IMG/VR virus record: IMGVR_UViG_3300032216_000553
Span: 1 to 43,950 of that record
Length of the DNA stretch: 43,950 nt
Source: a virus
Taxonomy: Duplodnaviria > Caudoviricetes
Strand: one strand, 5' to 3'
Shown: positions 1-9,300 of the stretch, piece after piece
Layout: the number at the start of each line of letters is the position of its first letter
How positions within the stretch are numbered: position 1 is the stretch's first letter
The notes under the pieces: model-generated
Seen by the model: only the letters and a program-made list of their open reading frames with translations
Told to the model about the DNA's origin: nothing
Database searches by the model: none
Program-made: the position numbers and the translations under genes

Positions 1-759
1 ATCGCTGGCCCTAATGCAGCCATCATTGCATCGGGTATTGTGTACTGGATGGGTGTGGATAAGTTCTACATGTATGACGGTCGTGTTCAGACTCTAAACT
101 GTGACCTGCGCCGCTTTGTGTTCTCTAACATCAACCTTGGACAAGCGCAGCAAATCTTTTGCAGTACCAACGAGGGCTTTAACGAAGTCTGGTGGTTCTA
201 CTGCTCTGCCAATTCGTACACAGTGGACAGCTATGTGGTCTACAACTACGTTGAGAAAATTTGGTACTACGGCACGATGGCGCGAACCGCTTGGTTGGAC
301 TCCGGTCTAAGGGATTATCCGGTAGCTGCCACCTACACCAAGAACCTTGTGAACCAAGAGTTTGGCATCAACGACAACGAGACGGGTACAACCTTACCCA
401 TCAACGCCTACATCTCTTCATCTGAGTTTGATATTGGCGACGGTCACAACTTTGGTTTTGTGTGGCGTATCCTGCCAGACTTGACGTTCAATAACTCCAC
501 CAACTCTCCTGCCAATGACGCACCCAAAGTCACGATGGAGTTGTATGGCCTGACCAACTCAGGCTCGGGTGTGACCAGTGATGCACAGCAGCCGGTCAAG
601 AGCAGCAGCACCTACTACATCACCGAAGAATTTACGGGGCAGATTTACACGCGCTTCCGTGGCCGTCAGATGATCTTCAAAATTGGCTCTAATCAAGTTA
701 ACACCTCTTGGCAGCTAGGTGCGCCCCGCATTGACATCAGACCGGATGGCCGTCGATGA
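1..759 (+). CDS. Tail tubular/packaged-DNA stabilization protein (P22 gp10-like), 5' truncated
   Basis: Frame is open from base 1. Aromatic, beta-rich sequence (EVWWFY, YVVYNYVEKIWYYG) and a C-terminal RxRGRQ...WQLG motif typical of podovirus tail nozzle proteins. Lies upstream of the ejection genes. Confidence 0.65.
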   Translation: MAGPNAAIIASGIVYWMGVDKFYMYDGRVQTLNCDLRRFVFSNINLGQAQQIFCSTNEGFNEVWWFYCSANSYTVDSYVVYNYVEKIWYYGTMARTAWLDSGLRDYPVAATYTKNLVNQEFGINDNETGTTLPINAYISSSEFDIGDGHNFGFVWRILPDLTFNNSTNSPANDAPKVTMELYGLTNSGSGVTSDAQQPVKSSSTYYITEEFTGQIYTRFRGRQMIFKIGSNQVNTSWQLGAPRIDIRPDGRR

Positions 760-1643
760 CCACTAAGATCGTCACCACCGATTACGCAATCGACAAGATT
801 GCTGCGCCTAACTTACCACTTGCACCAGACCAGTGGGATCGTCGGTATCAGGATCAGTTTGCCAACGTCTTGCGTTTGTACTTCAACCGTCTTGATGACT
901 TTATTGCTCGGCTAAAAGTAGGCAGTGGTGTAATCAACGGTTCCGGGCTTCAGTTCCCTTATGGGGCGTTTCATCAAGACGGGTATACAACTTTAACTAA
1001 CGCCATACCGACTTCAGGCTCAACCGCGACTATTGTTGTTGGTTCAACTGCCGGGTTTGCCTCTGCGGGGACTATCCTTATCCAAAAAGAATTAATTAGT
1101 TATACGGGCAAAACTTCCACTACATTTACGGGTATTACTAGATCGCAGTATGGTTCATCAGGTGCTTCACACGCCGCAGGTCTTTATGTAACGGAAGCTC
1201 AGGCAGTGCCTTCCGCAACTACGGCTTTAGCTATTCCATACGATACAACAGATACCAGCAATCAAATATCTTTAGACCCCGCAGATAGCAGCAAGATTAT
1301 TTTTGCTGTTGCTGGGTATTACAACCTTCAATTTAGCCTTCAACTTTTAAACGCTAAAAGTGCAATAGATAACGTAACTCTTTGGTTTAGGCAAAACGGG
1401 GTTGACATTCCAAATACGGCTGGAATTACAACCGTTCCTCTTGGCCCCGGCACCACTTTAGGCGCTACTATCGCAGCTTGGAACTTAGTTACGCCTGTAA
1501 ACGCTGGTGATTATATTCAGTTAATGATGGCTTCAGATTCTGGAGACACAGTAGCTGGTACTTACCCGCCCGGAACAGCGCCCGTGCATCCAGTATCCCC
1601 CGCCGTTATTCTTACCGCAACATTTGTCTCAGCACTTTATTGA
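756..1643 (+). CDS. Virion tail-associated protein
   Basis: ATGA overlap with the previous gene. N-terminal APNLPLAP..LRLYFNRLD segment, Thr/Gly-rich middle, beta-sandwich-like C-terminus (GYYNLQFSLQL). Confidence 0.55.
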   Translation: MTTKIVTTDYAIDKIAAPNLPLAPDQWDRRYQDQFANVLRLYFNRLDDFIARLKVGSGVINGSGLQFPYGAFHQDGYTTLTNAIPTSGSTATIVVGSTAGFASAGTILIQKELISYTGKTSTTFTGITRSQYGSSGASHAAGLYVTEAQAVPSATTALAIPYDTTDTSNQISLDPADSSKIIFAVAGYYNLQFSLQLLNAKSAIDNVTLWFRQNGVDIPNTAGITTVPLGPGTTLGATIAAWNLVTPVNAGDYIQLMMASDSGDTVAGTYPPGTAPVHPVSPAVILTATFVSALY

Positions 1644-1658
1644 TAAAAGGTATAAATC

Positions 1659-3218
1659 ATGGCCTACACCGACGCACAAATTCAAGCTGCCATTGATGCT
1701 TCACGAAAGCAAGGCTTTACCGACCAGCAAATTCAGCAGGGTTCTCTTGCTAACTTGGGTATCGACACAAGCAAATTTTTTAGTTCGCCTGCTCAAGGGA
1801 TTGCCACTCTTCCACAAGAAGTTGCACCTCAGCTGCAAGCGGCTCAACCTACTTATCATGTTTCTCCTTCTGAAAATGTAAGTAGCAATAAGTTAGATGT
1901 ATCTCGTTTGCCTTCCGATGTCATTGGTTTTAATCCAGATGACAATGGTCAGCCAACGATGTATTCGCAAAACATTCCAATTGACCCTAAAAATCCTACA
2001 GGAGCGGGTGTATATAAATCTTGGGATGCCGCTGGTAATCCTGTAGAAACAAAAAAATATGGATCGTTAATTACCGATAACGGAGGCTTCCTTAGTGGAG
2101 GTTTCTTTGGACATAATAGTCTCTTTGGAACCCTTGCTCCTATTGCAGCTGCCGCTTATGGCCTTAACGAAGCGGGTTTGTTGGGGGGTGCAGGAGCTGG
2201 AGCAGGCGCTGGTATTTCTGATGCTGCTTTGCTTGGCGGCGAATATGCAGGCGGTTTAGGACAAACTGGCGCTCTTACCGGAGGCATTACCAATGCTGCT
2301 GCTTTAGGTGGCGAATATTTGGGTGGATTAGGCGCTACTGGAGCACTCACAGCTGGGGTTAGCAGTCTGGCTGGTTTAGAAGCAGCTGAAAACGCAGACC
2401 TTACAAAAATGATGGCTGATTATGGTTTGGGGCCAAATGGACCAGTTCCTGTTCCGGGATATGTTCCTATTACACCAACGCCTGTTGTTCCCGTTACACC
2501 CACTACATCGGTTGCTCCCGTTACACCCACCACACCAGTTACACCCACCACACCAGTTACACCTACTACGCCCGTAGTACCCGGTGGAACAAGCCTTATT
2601 GACGCTGCCGCTAAAGCCACTGGTTTATCGACAAATACCTTGTCTGGGCTGCTCGGTGCTTTGGGTGGTGCGGGGGTTTCTTCTTTGCTTGGTGGCGGAC
2701 AACAGCAGCAGGCACCTACATCTGCGCCCCAAAAAGATATGTTGGCTGGTTTGAGTTCCAGCTATACGCCTACCCGTTACAAGCCGTATGCAGATGGTGG
2801 CATCGCTACTTTGGGCCAAAGCGGTAACTTAACCGTGGGCGGCAACCCCGTGGATTTATCAGATTCCAACAGAGGGTTTGACTGGCAGTCTAAGTCGTTC
2901 CCCACAGTATCTATGGCAACGGGCGGCATCACTGATTTGGGTAGTTATTCTGATGGTGGTCGTCTGCTGCGCGGCCCCGGTGATGGGGTATCTGACAGCA
3001 TCCCTGCAATGATTGGCAACAAGCAGCCTGCCCGTTTGGCTGATGGCGAGTTTGTGATTCCAGCCCGCATCGTGTCTGAACTTGGTAACGGTTCTACAGA
3101 GGCTGGTGCCCGTCAGCTTTACGCCATGATGGATAGAATTCAGCATGCCCGCCGCAAGACAATTGGCAAAGACGCCGTAGCTACCAATACTAAAGCGGCA
3201 AAATACCTGCCAACATGA
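1659..3218 (+). CDS. Putative internal virion/DNA-ejection protein
   Basis: 519 aa with Gly/Ala-rich hydrophobic stretches, PVTPTT repeats and C-terminal GPGDGVSDSIPA...LADGEFVIPA motif seen in phage tail/ejection proteins. Confidence 0.6.
   Translation: MAYTDAQIQAAIDASRKQGFTDQQIQQGSLANLGIDTSKFFSSPAQGIATLPQEVAPQLQAAQPTYHVSPSENVSSNKLDVSRLPSDVIGFNPDDNGQPTMYSQNIPIDPKNPTGAGVYKSWDAAGNPVETKKYGSLITDNGGFLSGGFFGHNSLFGTLAPIAAAAYGLNEAGLLGGAGAGAGAGISDAALLGGEYAGGLGQTGALTGGITNAAALGGEYLGGLGATGALTAGVSSLAGLEAAENADLTKMMADYGLGPNGPVPVPGYVPITPTPVVPVTPTTSVAPVTPTTPVTPTTPVTPTTPVVPGGTSLIDAAAKATGLSTNTLSGLLGALGGAGVSSLLGGGQQQQAPTSAPQKDMLAGLSSSYTPTRYKPYADGGIATLGQSGNLTVGGNPVDLSDSNRGFDWQSKSFPTVSMATGGITDLGSYSDGGRLLRGPGDGVSDSIPAMIGNKQPARLADGEFVIPARIVSELGNGSTEAGARQLYAMMDRIQHARRKTIGKDAVATNTKAAKYLPT
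2517..2570 (+). repeat. 18-bp coding tandem repeat (PVTPTT x3, plus degenerate copies upstream)
   Basis: cc(c/a)gttacacc(c/t)ac(c/t)ac(a/g) repeated in frame. Confidence 0.85.
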
Positions 3219-3641
3219 AGATTTCTTACGTCCCTGTCGGGCAAATATCTGGACTTATACCAGCGCTTTTGCCATACTTAACCAAGTCTGAGCAGTGGTC
3301 TGACGGGCGCGTATCTGTTGATGATTTACTACGCCTTATGCTCAATGACCTGCTTCAATTGTGGGTCGTGCATGAGGAAACAACCATACACGGTTTCTTT
3401 GGCGTAGAGGTCAAACAATATCCGCAAGCCAAAATGCTGACGGTTCAATACTGTGCAATGGAGACGGGTACTGGATGCGGTAGACAGTCAGATGATGGAC
3501 ATAGCAGAAGATGTTGCCAAGAAATCCGGTTGTGCTGGCGTAGAGTTTATTGGCCGTCCCGGCTGGAAGAAAATTGTTCAAGACCACGGGTACAACGTGC
3601 AAAGCGTCATGTACCAAAAGTTCTTTAAGGAGTACCTATGA
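3215..3641 (+). pseudogene. Acetyltransferase-like (GNAT-type) virion-module gene split by a frameshift near 3470
   Basis: N-half (QLWVVH..GFFGVEVKQYPQAKML) is in the 3215 frame; C-half (AKKSGCAGVEFIGRPGWKK..GY) is in the +1 frame ending at 3641. Together they make one coherent protein of about 142 aa. Confidence 0.7.
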
Positions 3642-4750
3642 GTACCGGTTCCGCACAACAAACGTCAACAACCACAGCGGGCGTATCACCGTTTGCACAG
3701 AATTATGTGAACTCCATGCTGGGTGCCGCACAGCAGCAGGTGTTTAATGTTGACCCCACAAGCAATCAGATTACCGGCATCAATCCTTATCAGGCGTTTG
3801 GTTCACCTGTAGCTGGTTCCCAATATGCGGCAGGTATGGGGCCGGGCGAACAAGCAGCAGCCCAAGCGGCGGTAGCTGGGCCTAGCGGGTTACAACAGCA
3901 AGCCTATCAATCTGCCGGTCAAATGCAGACCCCCGGTCAATTTGGTACCGCTACAGATATTGGTCAGACGGCTGGTTATGGCTTGCTTGGCACGGCTGGT
4001 CAGGCTCAAGGTCTTCAAAACCTCGGTATGCAGGCTGTCCAACAAGGTCAGCAGTATGGTCAAAACCTGACCAACCCAGCCATTACTCAGCAATACATGT
4101 CGCCCTACATGCAGAATGTGGTGGACGTACAGTCGCAACAAGCTAAACGCCAAGCGGCAATTGCAGATCAAACCCGCCAAGCCCAGTCAGCGCGTCAGGG
4201 TATGTTTGGTGGTGTGGGCGATGTGCTTAGTCGCAATCAAGCCAACGCTGAGTTGCAACGTAACCTGCAAGGTATCCAAGCGTCTGGCACACAGAGCGCA
4301 TTTCAGAATGCCCAAGCACAGCAAGCTGCGGCACAGCAACAAGCCATGCAAGGTTTGCAAACTGGCATCCAAGGTTATGGTGCTGGCATTCAAGGTCAGC
4401 AGGGTGCATACGGTACCGCTCTCCAAGGCGCTGGCACTTTAGGTACGTTAGGTTCGCAGCAGCTTTCAGCACAGCAAGGTATTGCAGGATTGCAAAATCA
4501 ATTTGGTCAGCAACAGCAAACCAATCAGCAGGCTGTTATCAACCAAGCTATGCAAAACCTGCAAAATCAAAAGATGTATCCGCAGCAGCAGTTGCAGTAT
4601 CTCAGCGGCATGTTGTCTGGTTTACCGGTTAGTTCTACTGGTAACGTCACTAATATTCCTGCGCCTAATTTGACCTCTCAAATTGCTGGTTTAGGTATGA
4701 CAGGTATTGCCGGTTTGGGCTTGTATAACGCAATGAACCCCATCAAATAA
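3638..4750 (+). CDS. DNA ejection/pilot protein (Gln/Gly/Ala-rich)
   Basis: SD AAGGAG. YMSPYMQNVVD...GMFGG motif and Q-rich coiled segments typical of podovirus ejection proteins. Confidence 0.65.
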   Translation: MSTGSAQQTSTTTAGVSPFAQNYVNSMLGAAQQQVFNVDPTSNQITGINPYQAFGSPVAGSQYAAGMGPGEQAAAQAAVAGPSGLQQQAYQSAGQMQTPGQFGTATDIGQTAGYGLLGTAGQAQGLQNLGMQAVQQGQQYGQNLTNPAITQQYMSPYMQNVVDVQSQQAKRQAAIADQTRQAQSARQGMFGGVGDVLSRNQANAELQRNLQGIQASGTQSAFQNAQAQQAAAQQQAMQGLQTGIQGYGAGIQGQQGAYGTALQGAGTLGTLGSQQLSAQQGIAGLQNQFGQQQQTNQQAVINQAMQNLQNQKMYPQQQLQYLSGMLSGLPVSSTGNVTNIPAPNLTSQIAGLGMTGIAGLGLYNAMNPIK

Positions 4751-4759
4751 GGAGTAGCC

Positions 4760-6316
4760 ATGTCTGGTATTGTGCAAAAAGTAATGGCTGACCCATCCAA
4801 GTACTCAGTTGATGAGTTAAAACATGGAGTGCAAGTAGGAGTTATACCCGCCTACATTGGCATTCCGTTAATCCAGCAAAAAATGCAGGAAGACCAAAGA
4901 ATGCGGGCAGCGGCTGCTGGCCCCCAACAACAGACTCCGATTGCAGAAGAAGTTTTGGCTGGTGTTGACCGCCTTCGTACTAACCTTCCCCAACAATACG
5001 CGGGTGGCGGCATCATTGCGTTTGACGAAGGTGGTTCTGTACCACGGTTTCAAGTGGGGGGTTCAACTGCTGGTCTTCTTGGCAAACTGTTTGACCCCTA
5101 TGCAAATTTAACTCCTGTAGAGCGTGCGCGAATGGAGGCTTTGCAACGAGAAAAAGGACTTGCAACTGCTAGTTTTGCATTACCTCAACCTCCTGCTGCA
5201 CCTACTGAACAAGATGTTTTGCCTAAACCATTTGTAGCCAATAATTTATACACACTGGATAAAAACCCTACTACTGCTCCCGCAGTAAACCCGCAAACAC
5301 CGCCACAAACACCACCACAAACACCGTCCACCATTCCCGGTGCAAGTGGTTTTAAGATGCCAACACTGCCTACGGTTACATTGCCACAGGCACCAGCGCT
5401 AATTGACTACAGCACGTTTACAGCCAAACTGCCAGAGAACATGAAAAGCGCATCGGAAGAGGCGGTCAAAGCAACTCAAAAAGAGTTGGAAGGTTTTGAT
5501 AAACCGGGCTTTGAAGCACGTGAAGCTAGACTTGGCAAACGTGAAACTGGTCTGCAAAAAGAAACTGAAATCGGTCGTTGGATGGCACTCCTCAAAGGTG
5601 GCCTTAAAACTTTTGGTGGCACGTCTCCTTTTGGTTCCGTGAATCTCGGTGAAGGCATGGCTTCCGGTGTAGATGAACTTATTCGTGGTGAAGCCGCAAA
5701 TCGCGTTGCCAAGGACAGGCTGGAAGATGCACGTGACAACTTAGAGCAACAAAAAGTTGCTGCCAAGAAAGGCAACTATCAAGCTGCTCAAGCTGCGGGT
5801 AGCCGTGCGGCTGATGATGTTCGTGCAAGTGCCCAGTTCTCGATGCAGGGTGCTCATTACGGTAACACCGACTCATTGCAACGCACTCAACTTTTACAGC
5901 AAGGCATACTTGGAAAAGCTCAACAAGAACAGTCGGGCATATTGGGTCTTGCCAATTTAGGGCTTCAAAAAGAACACCTTGCTCAAACTGGAGCGATTGC
6001 CAAACAACAACTTCAACTTGGTCAAGAAAAACTTGATCTACTTAAAAACCAAATTGCCGCTGGTAACAAAGCGGCTGAAGCTAAGTTGGCTGGCGCACAA
6101 ATACAAGCCGCAAAACTTTTCCAAAACGACTCTGCATACAACATACTTGTACGTGACTTAGTGAAACGATATGGTAATTTGAACCATCCTGATGCTCAAA
6201 AAGAAATTGCGGATGCTCGTAACCGTTTCATGGAAACTACGGTTCCTCAATTGCTTGGTGGTGCCGGGGGGCCTCAAATCCCATCTTTCAATGATCTGAT
6301 CAAAGCAACGGACTAA
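4760..6316 (+). CDS. Putative DNA ejection/internal virion protein
   Basis: SD AAGGAG. Helical and Q/A-rich, with YAGGGIIAFDEGG motif. Sits between two ejection genes. Confidence 0.55.
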   Translation: MSGIVQKVMADPSKYSVDELKHGVQVGVIPAYIGIPLIQQKMQEDQRMRAAAAGPQQQTPIAEEVLAGVDRLRTNLPQQYAGGGIIAFDEGGSVPRFQVGGSTAGLLGKLFDPYANLTPVERARMEALQREKGLATASFALPQPPAAPTEQDVLPKPFVANNLYTLDKNPTTAPAVNPQTPPQTPPQTPSTIPGASGFKMPTLPTVTLPQAPALIDYSTFTAKLPENMKSASEEAVKATQKELEGFDKPGFEAREARLGKRETGLQKETEIGRWMALLKGGLKTFGGTSPFGSVNLGEGMASGVDELIRGEAANRVAKDRLEDARDNLEQQKVAAKKGNYQAAQAAGSRAADDVRASAQFSMQGAHYGNTDSLQRTQLLQQGILGKAQQEQSGILGLANLGLQKEHLAQTGAIAKQQLQLGQEKLDLLKNQIAAGNKAAEAKLAGAQIQAAKLFQNDSAYNILVRDLVKRYGNLNHPDAQKEIADARNRFMETTVPQLLGGAGGPQIPSFNDLIKATD

Positions 6317-6319
6317 CCC

Positions 6320-9300
6320 ATGATCATCACCCTGCCCAAACTCGGCCCAGTACGTTTTGACGATAACTTATCGCCAGAAGAGTTTCAGCAGCAGGTTGAA
6401 ACGCTTTCTAAAAAATACGATTTTAAGATTCCAAAACCCGATGTAGGGATTGGCACCCTCCTTGGGCGGGGGTTTATGCGTGGCATGGGGGAAACAGGTA
6501 TCGCTTTGGGCGACATCCTTCCTGCTATGGGCGCATCTGCGCTTGGTTTTGAAGACTACGCCAAAAAACAAATGGGTGAAGCTGCCGCATCACGTGCGGA
6601 GCTAGAGCGTAAGTACCCCACACAGTTCAAGTCATATGAAGAAATTAGCAGTCCTTATGAGGCACTGCAATACGGCGCAGAAACTTTGGGTGAACTTGGC
6701 CCTACTGCACTGACCGCCATGATTCCCGGTATTGGTGCGGAAGCTGTTGGCGCTAGGTTGGCTGGTCAAAGTGCGCTTCGTGCCGCACAAGCGGCTGGCC
6801 CTGTGTCCCGTGCTGGTCTAGCTGCTGTTGAAAAAACCGCTGAGACTGCTGGTCGCCGTGCAATGTATGGTGGTGTGTATCTTGGGTCGTTTGCCCAGAA
6901 CGCTCCTGAAGTGTTTGAAAGCATCTACAAAGAAACCAACAAGATGGAGCCGGGGATTGCTGCCCTTGCTGGTGGCATCTCATCGCTCTTAGATTCTGTG
7001 GTTCCGGGCCAAGTGATGGACAACTTGGGCAAGTACGGCAAGATGAAGGTTGTTGAGCAGTTGGTCAAAGACTCCGGTGCTGCACCTAAAGTATGGAAGT
7101 ACATCGGCAAAGAAGCTGTTAAGACCGCAGGTGCTGAAGGTCTAACTGAAACCGCGCAAGAGGCTATCAATGCCGCTGCTGAACAAGTTGCTGGTAGTAC
7201 CAAAGGTTTGCTAGACCCAGAGAACATTCAGCGCTTCAAAGAATCGTTTGTCAAAGGTGCAATCGGTGGCGGCGCGTTTGGTACTGTCGGTGGCACAAGC
7301 CAAGGTCTTACTGCACGTAAAGAATACCGCAACACCAAAGAAGCTGAAGAAGCACTGCAAGCCCAGTATGAAGCTGAGAAGGCGGCTGGCACACTTACAC
7401 CCGAGAAAGCTGCTGAATACGAAGCACAAATCGAAGCTGCCCGTAAACAGCGTGAAGCGGAGCTAACTCAAACCTTTGCGGGTCTGCCTGACTTCAACCA
7501 GCGACAAGTTGAGTTGCAAGCATTACAAGCGCGTATGGATCAGGCGCGTCCCGGCTCTCCTGCGTATGCTGAATTGGAAGAAAAGATCAAAGCGGCACAG
7601 GAAGAAGTTGCTGCTGAACAAGCCAAGCAAGCTGAGATTGATGCCAAGAAAGCCGAAGGTAGTGCGTTTGCCAAAGTGCCCCCCACGCCCGGTACTGGTG
7701 GAATGTACAAGCCGGGGCTAGAACAACAACGTGCAGAACAGCAAGCGGCTACCCGTCAGTTTGCGTTTGGGCCTGTAGCTACAAACGTCCCCGGTGACCC
7801 AGTTACTGTTGACACTCTAAAAAATCTTAAGGTGTCTGACCGTTCTAAGGTTGGCATGGAGTTGCTTGGCACTGACCTTGATACTGCCGATGGTCGCCGT
7901 AAATTTATTCAGACGCTGGAGAACCCCAGCTTCATGGGTAACATCGACCCCGCTGCCTACGATGACATCATCAGTACGTTTGACCCCAAAGAGGTCGCTG
8001 CGGCACGTGCTGAAATGAAAGCAGAGACGCTTTCTCCCACAAAGCAGAAACAGCAAGAGCAAACACGAACATTTGCATTTGGAGCACCTAATGTTACAAG
8101 ACCTAACGCCCCATCAGCTGGAGGAAGCGCTGGCATGGCTGGCAAGTCCGATACAGGAGGCACCACCACAACCACTGAAGGAACTGAACCCGGTGGAATG
8201 GTATCTACTGGAACAACTACTGAACAACCTACTGACGGAGAAGGACAGCAGTCCACTACAGTAAATGAAGGAATCGCAACTGATGGCACTACGACCACTA
8301 AAACCCAGCAAACAGAAACGCAAGGACAAGAAGCACCAACCGCTGGAACCCCAACAGTAACTGTTTCAGACCAAGATATTGTGCATGCCAAGTTAGGACA
8401 ACGAGGCGTGAAACTGGATGAGCAGGGTAAGGATGCAAAAGCCTATTTTGGCAAAGTAACGGTTCCGCTTGCGTTGGATTCAATTGCCAACGACTTGGTG
8501 TATCAACCCACGGCGTATCGCAACGCCAAAATGAAAGCGTTTGAGAACCACCCCAATGGCCCTCAACCAGCGTTTAGTAACGAAGCAGAGGCTGCATTTT
8601 TCTTAGGGCAAGGCGGGGTGCATGCTAAAAATGCTGCTGCGTGGGTTCGTGCAAACATGTCCCCAGAATCTGTGGCGTTCATGGAGCAGAAGGTTGCACA
8701 GTACGAGAAAGAAAAGCGCCGGTCTGAATCTGTGCGCCGCCGTCAAGAAGCACAGACTAAAGTTCGCAAAGCCACTAAGCAGCAAGTTGCTGATGAGACT
8801 GCCACTGCTGAAGCTGAAGGCGAATATGTACCGACCAAAGATGACATCAAAGAGTTCTACGGCACCAAATCCAAAGCTGGTAAAGAAAAAGGTCGCCTGC
8901 AACGCCTAGCCAACGAGTTGGCACAGGAAGATTTGTATGGTGATCTGGATAACATTGCAGATAGCGATCTTGGCAACTTGTTGGCAGACGAAGAGCTTGC
9001 CGCGCTACATTCACAGGCCCACCCGGTAGTCTTGAACCAGTTAGCGAATAACAACTTGGTAGGTGCGTTGAACGCGCTGGCCGAAAGCGGTTCGTCTAAA
9101 GGCGCTGAACTTTTTGCACGTCTGCTGGCTAAAGTTGTTGGTGATGTGAATGTTGTGTATGGCGCTGAGAAGTCCATGTACGACCCAAAGACCAACACTG
9201 TGTATCTGCGTGATGGCGCTAGTGAGTACGAGATTATTCACGAGGCATCTCATGCTGCCATGTCTCACGTGCTGGATAACCCATCGCATCCAGTCACTCG

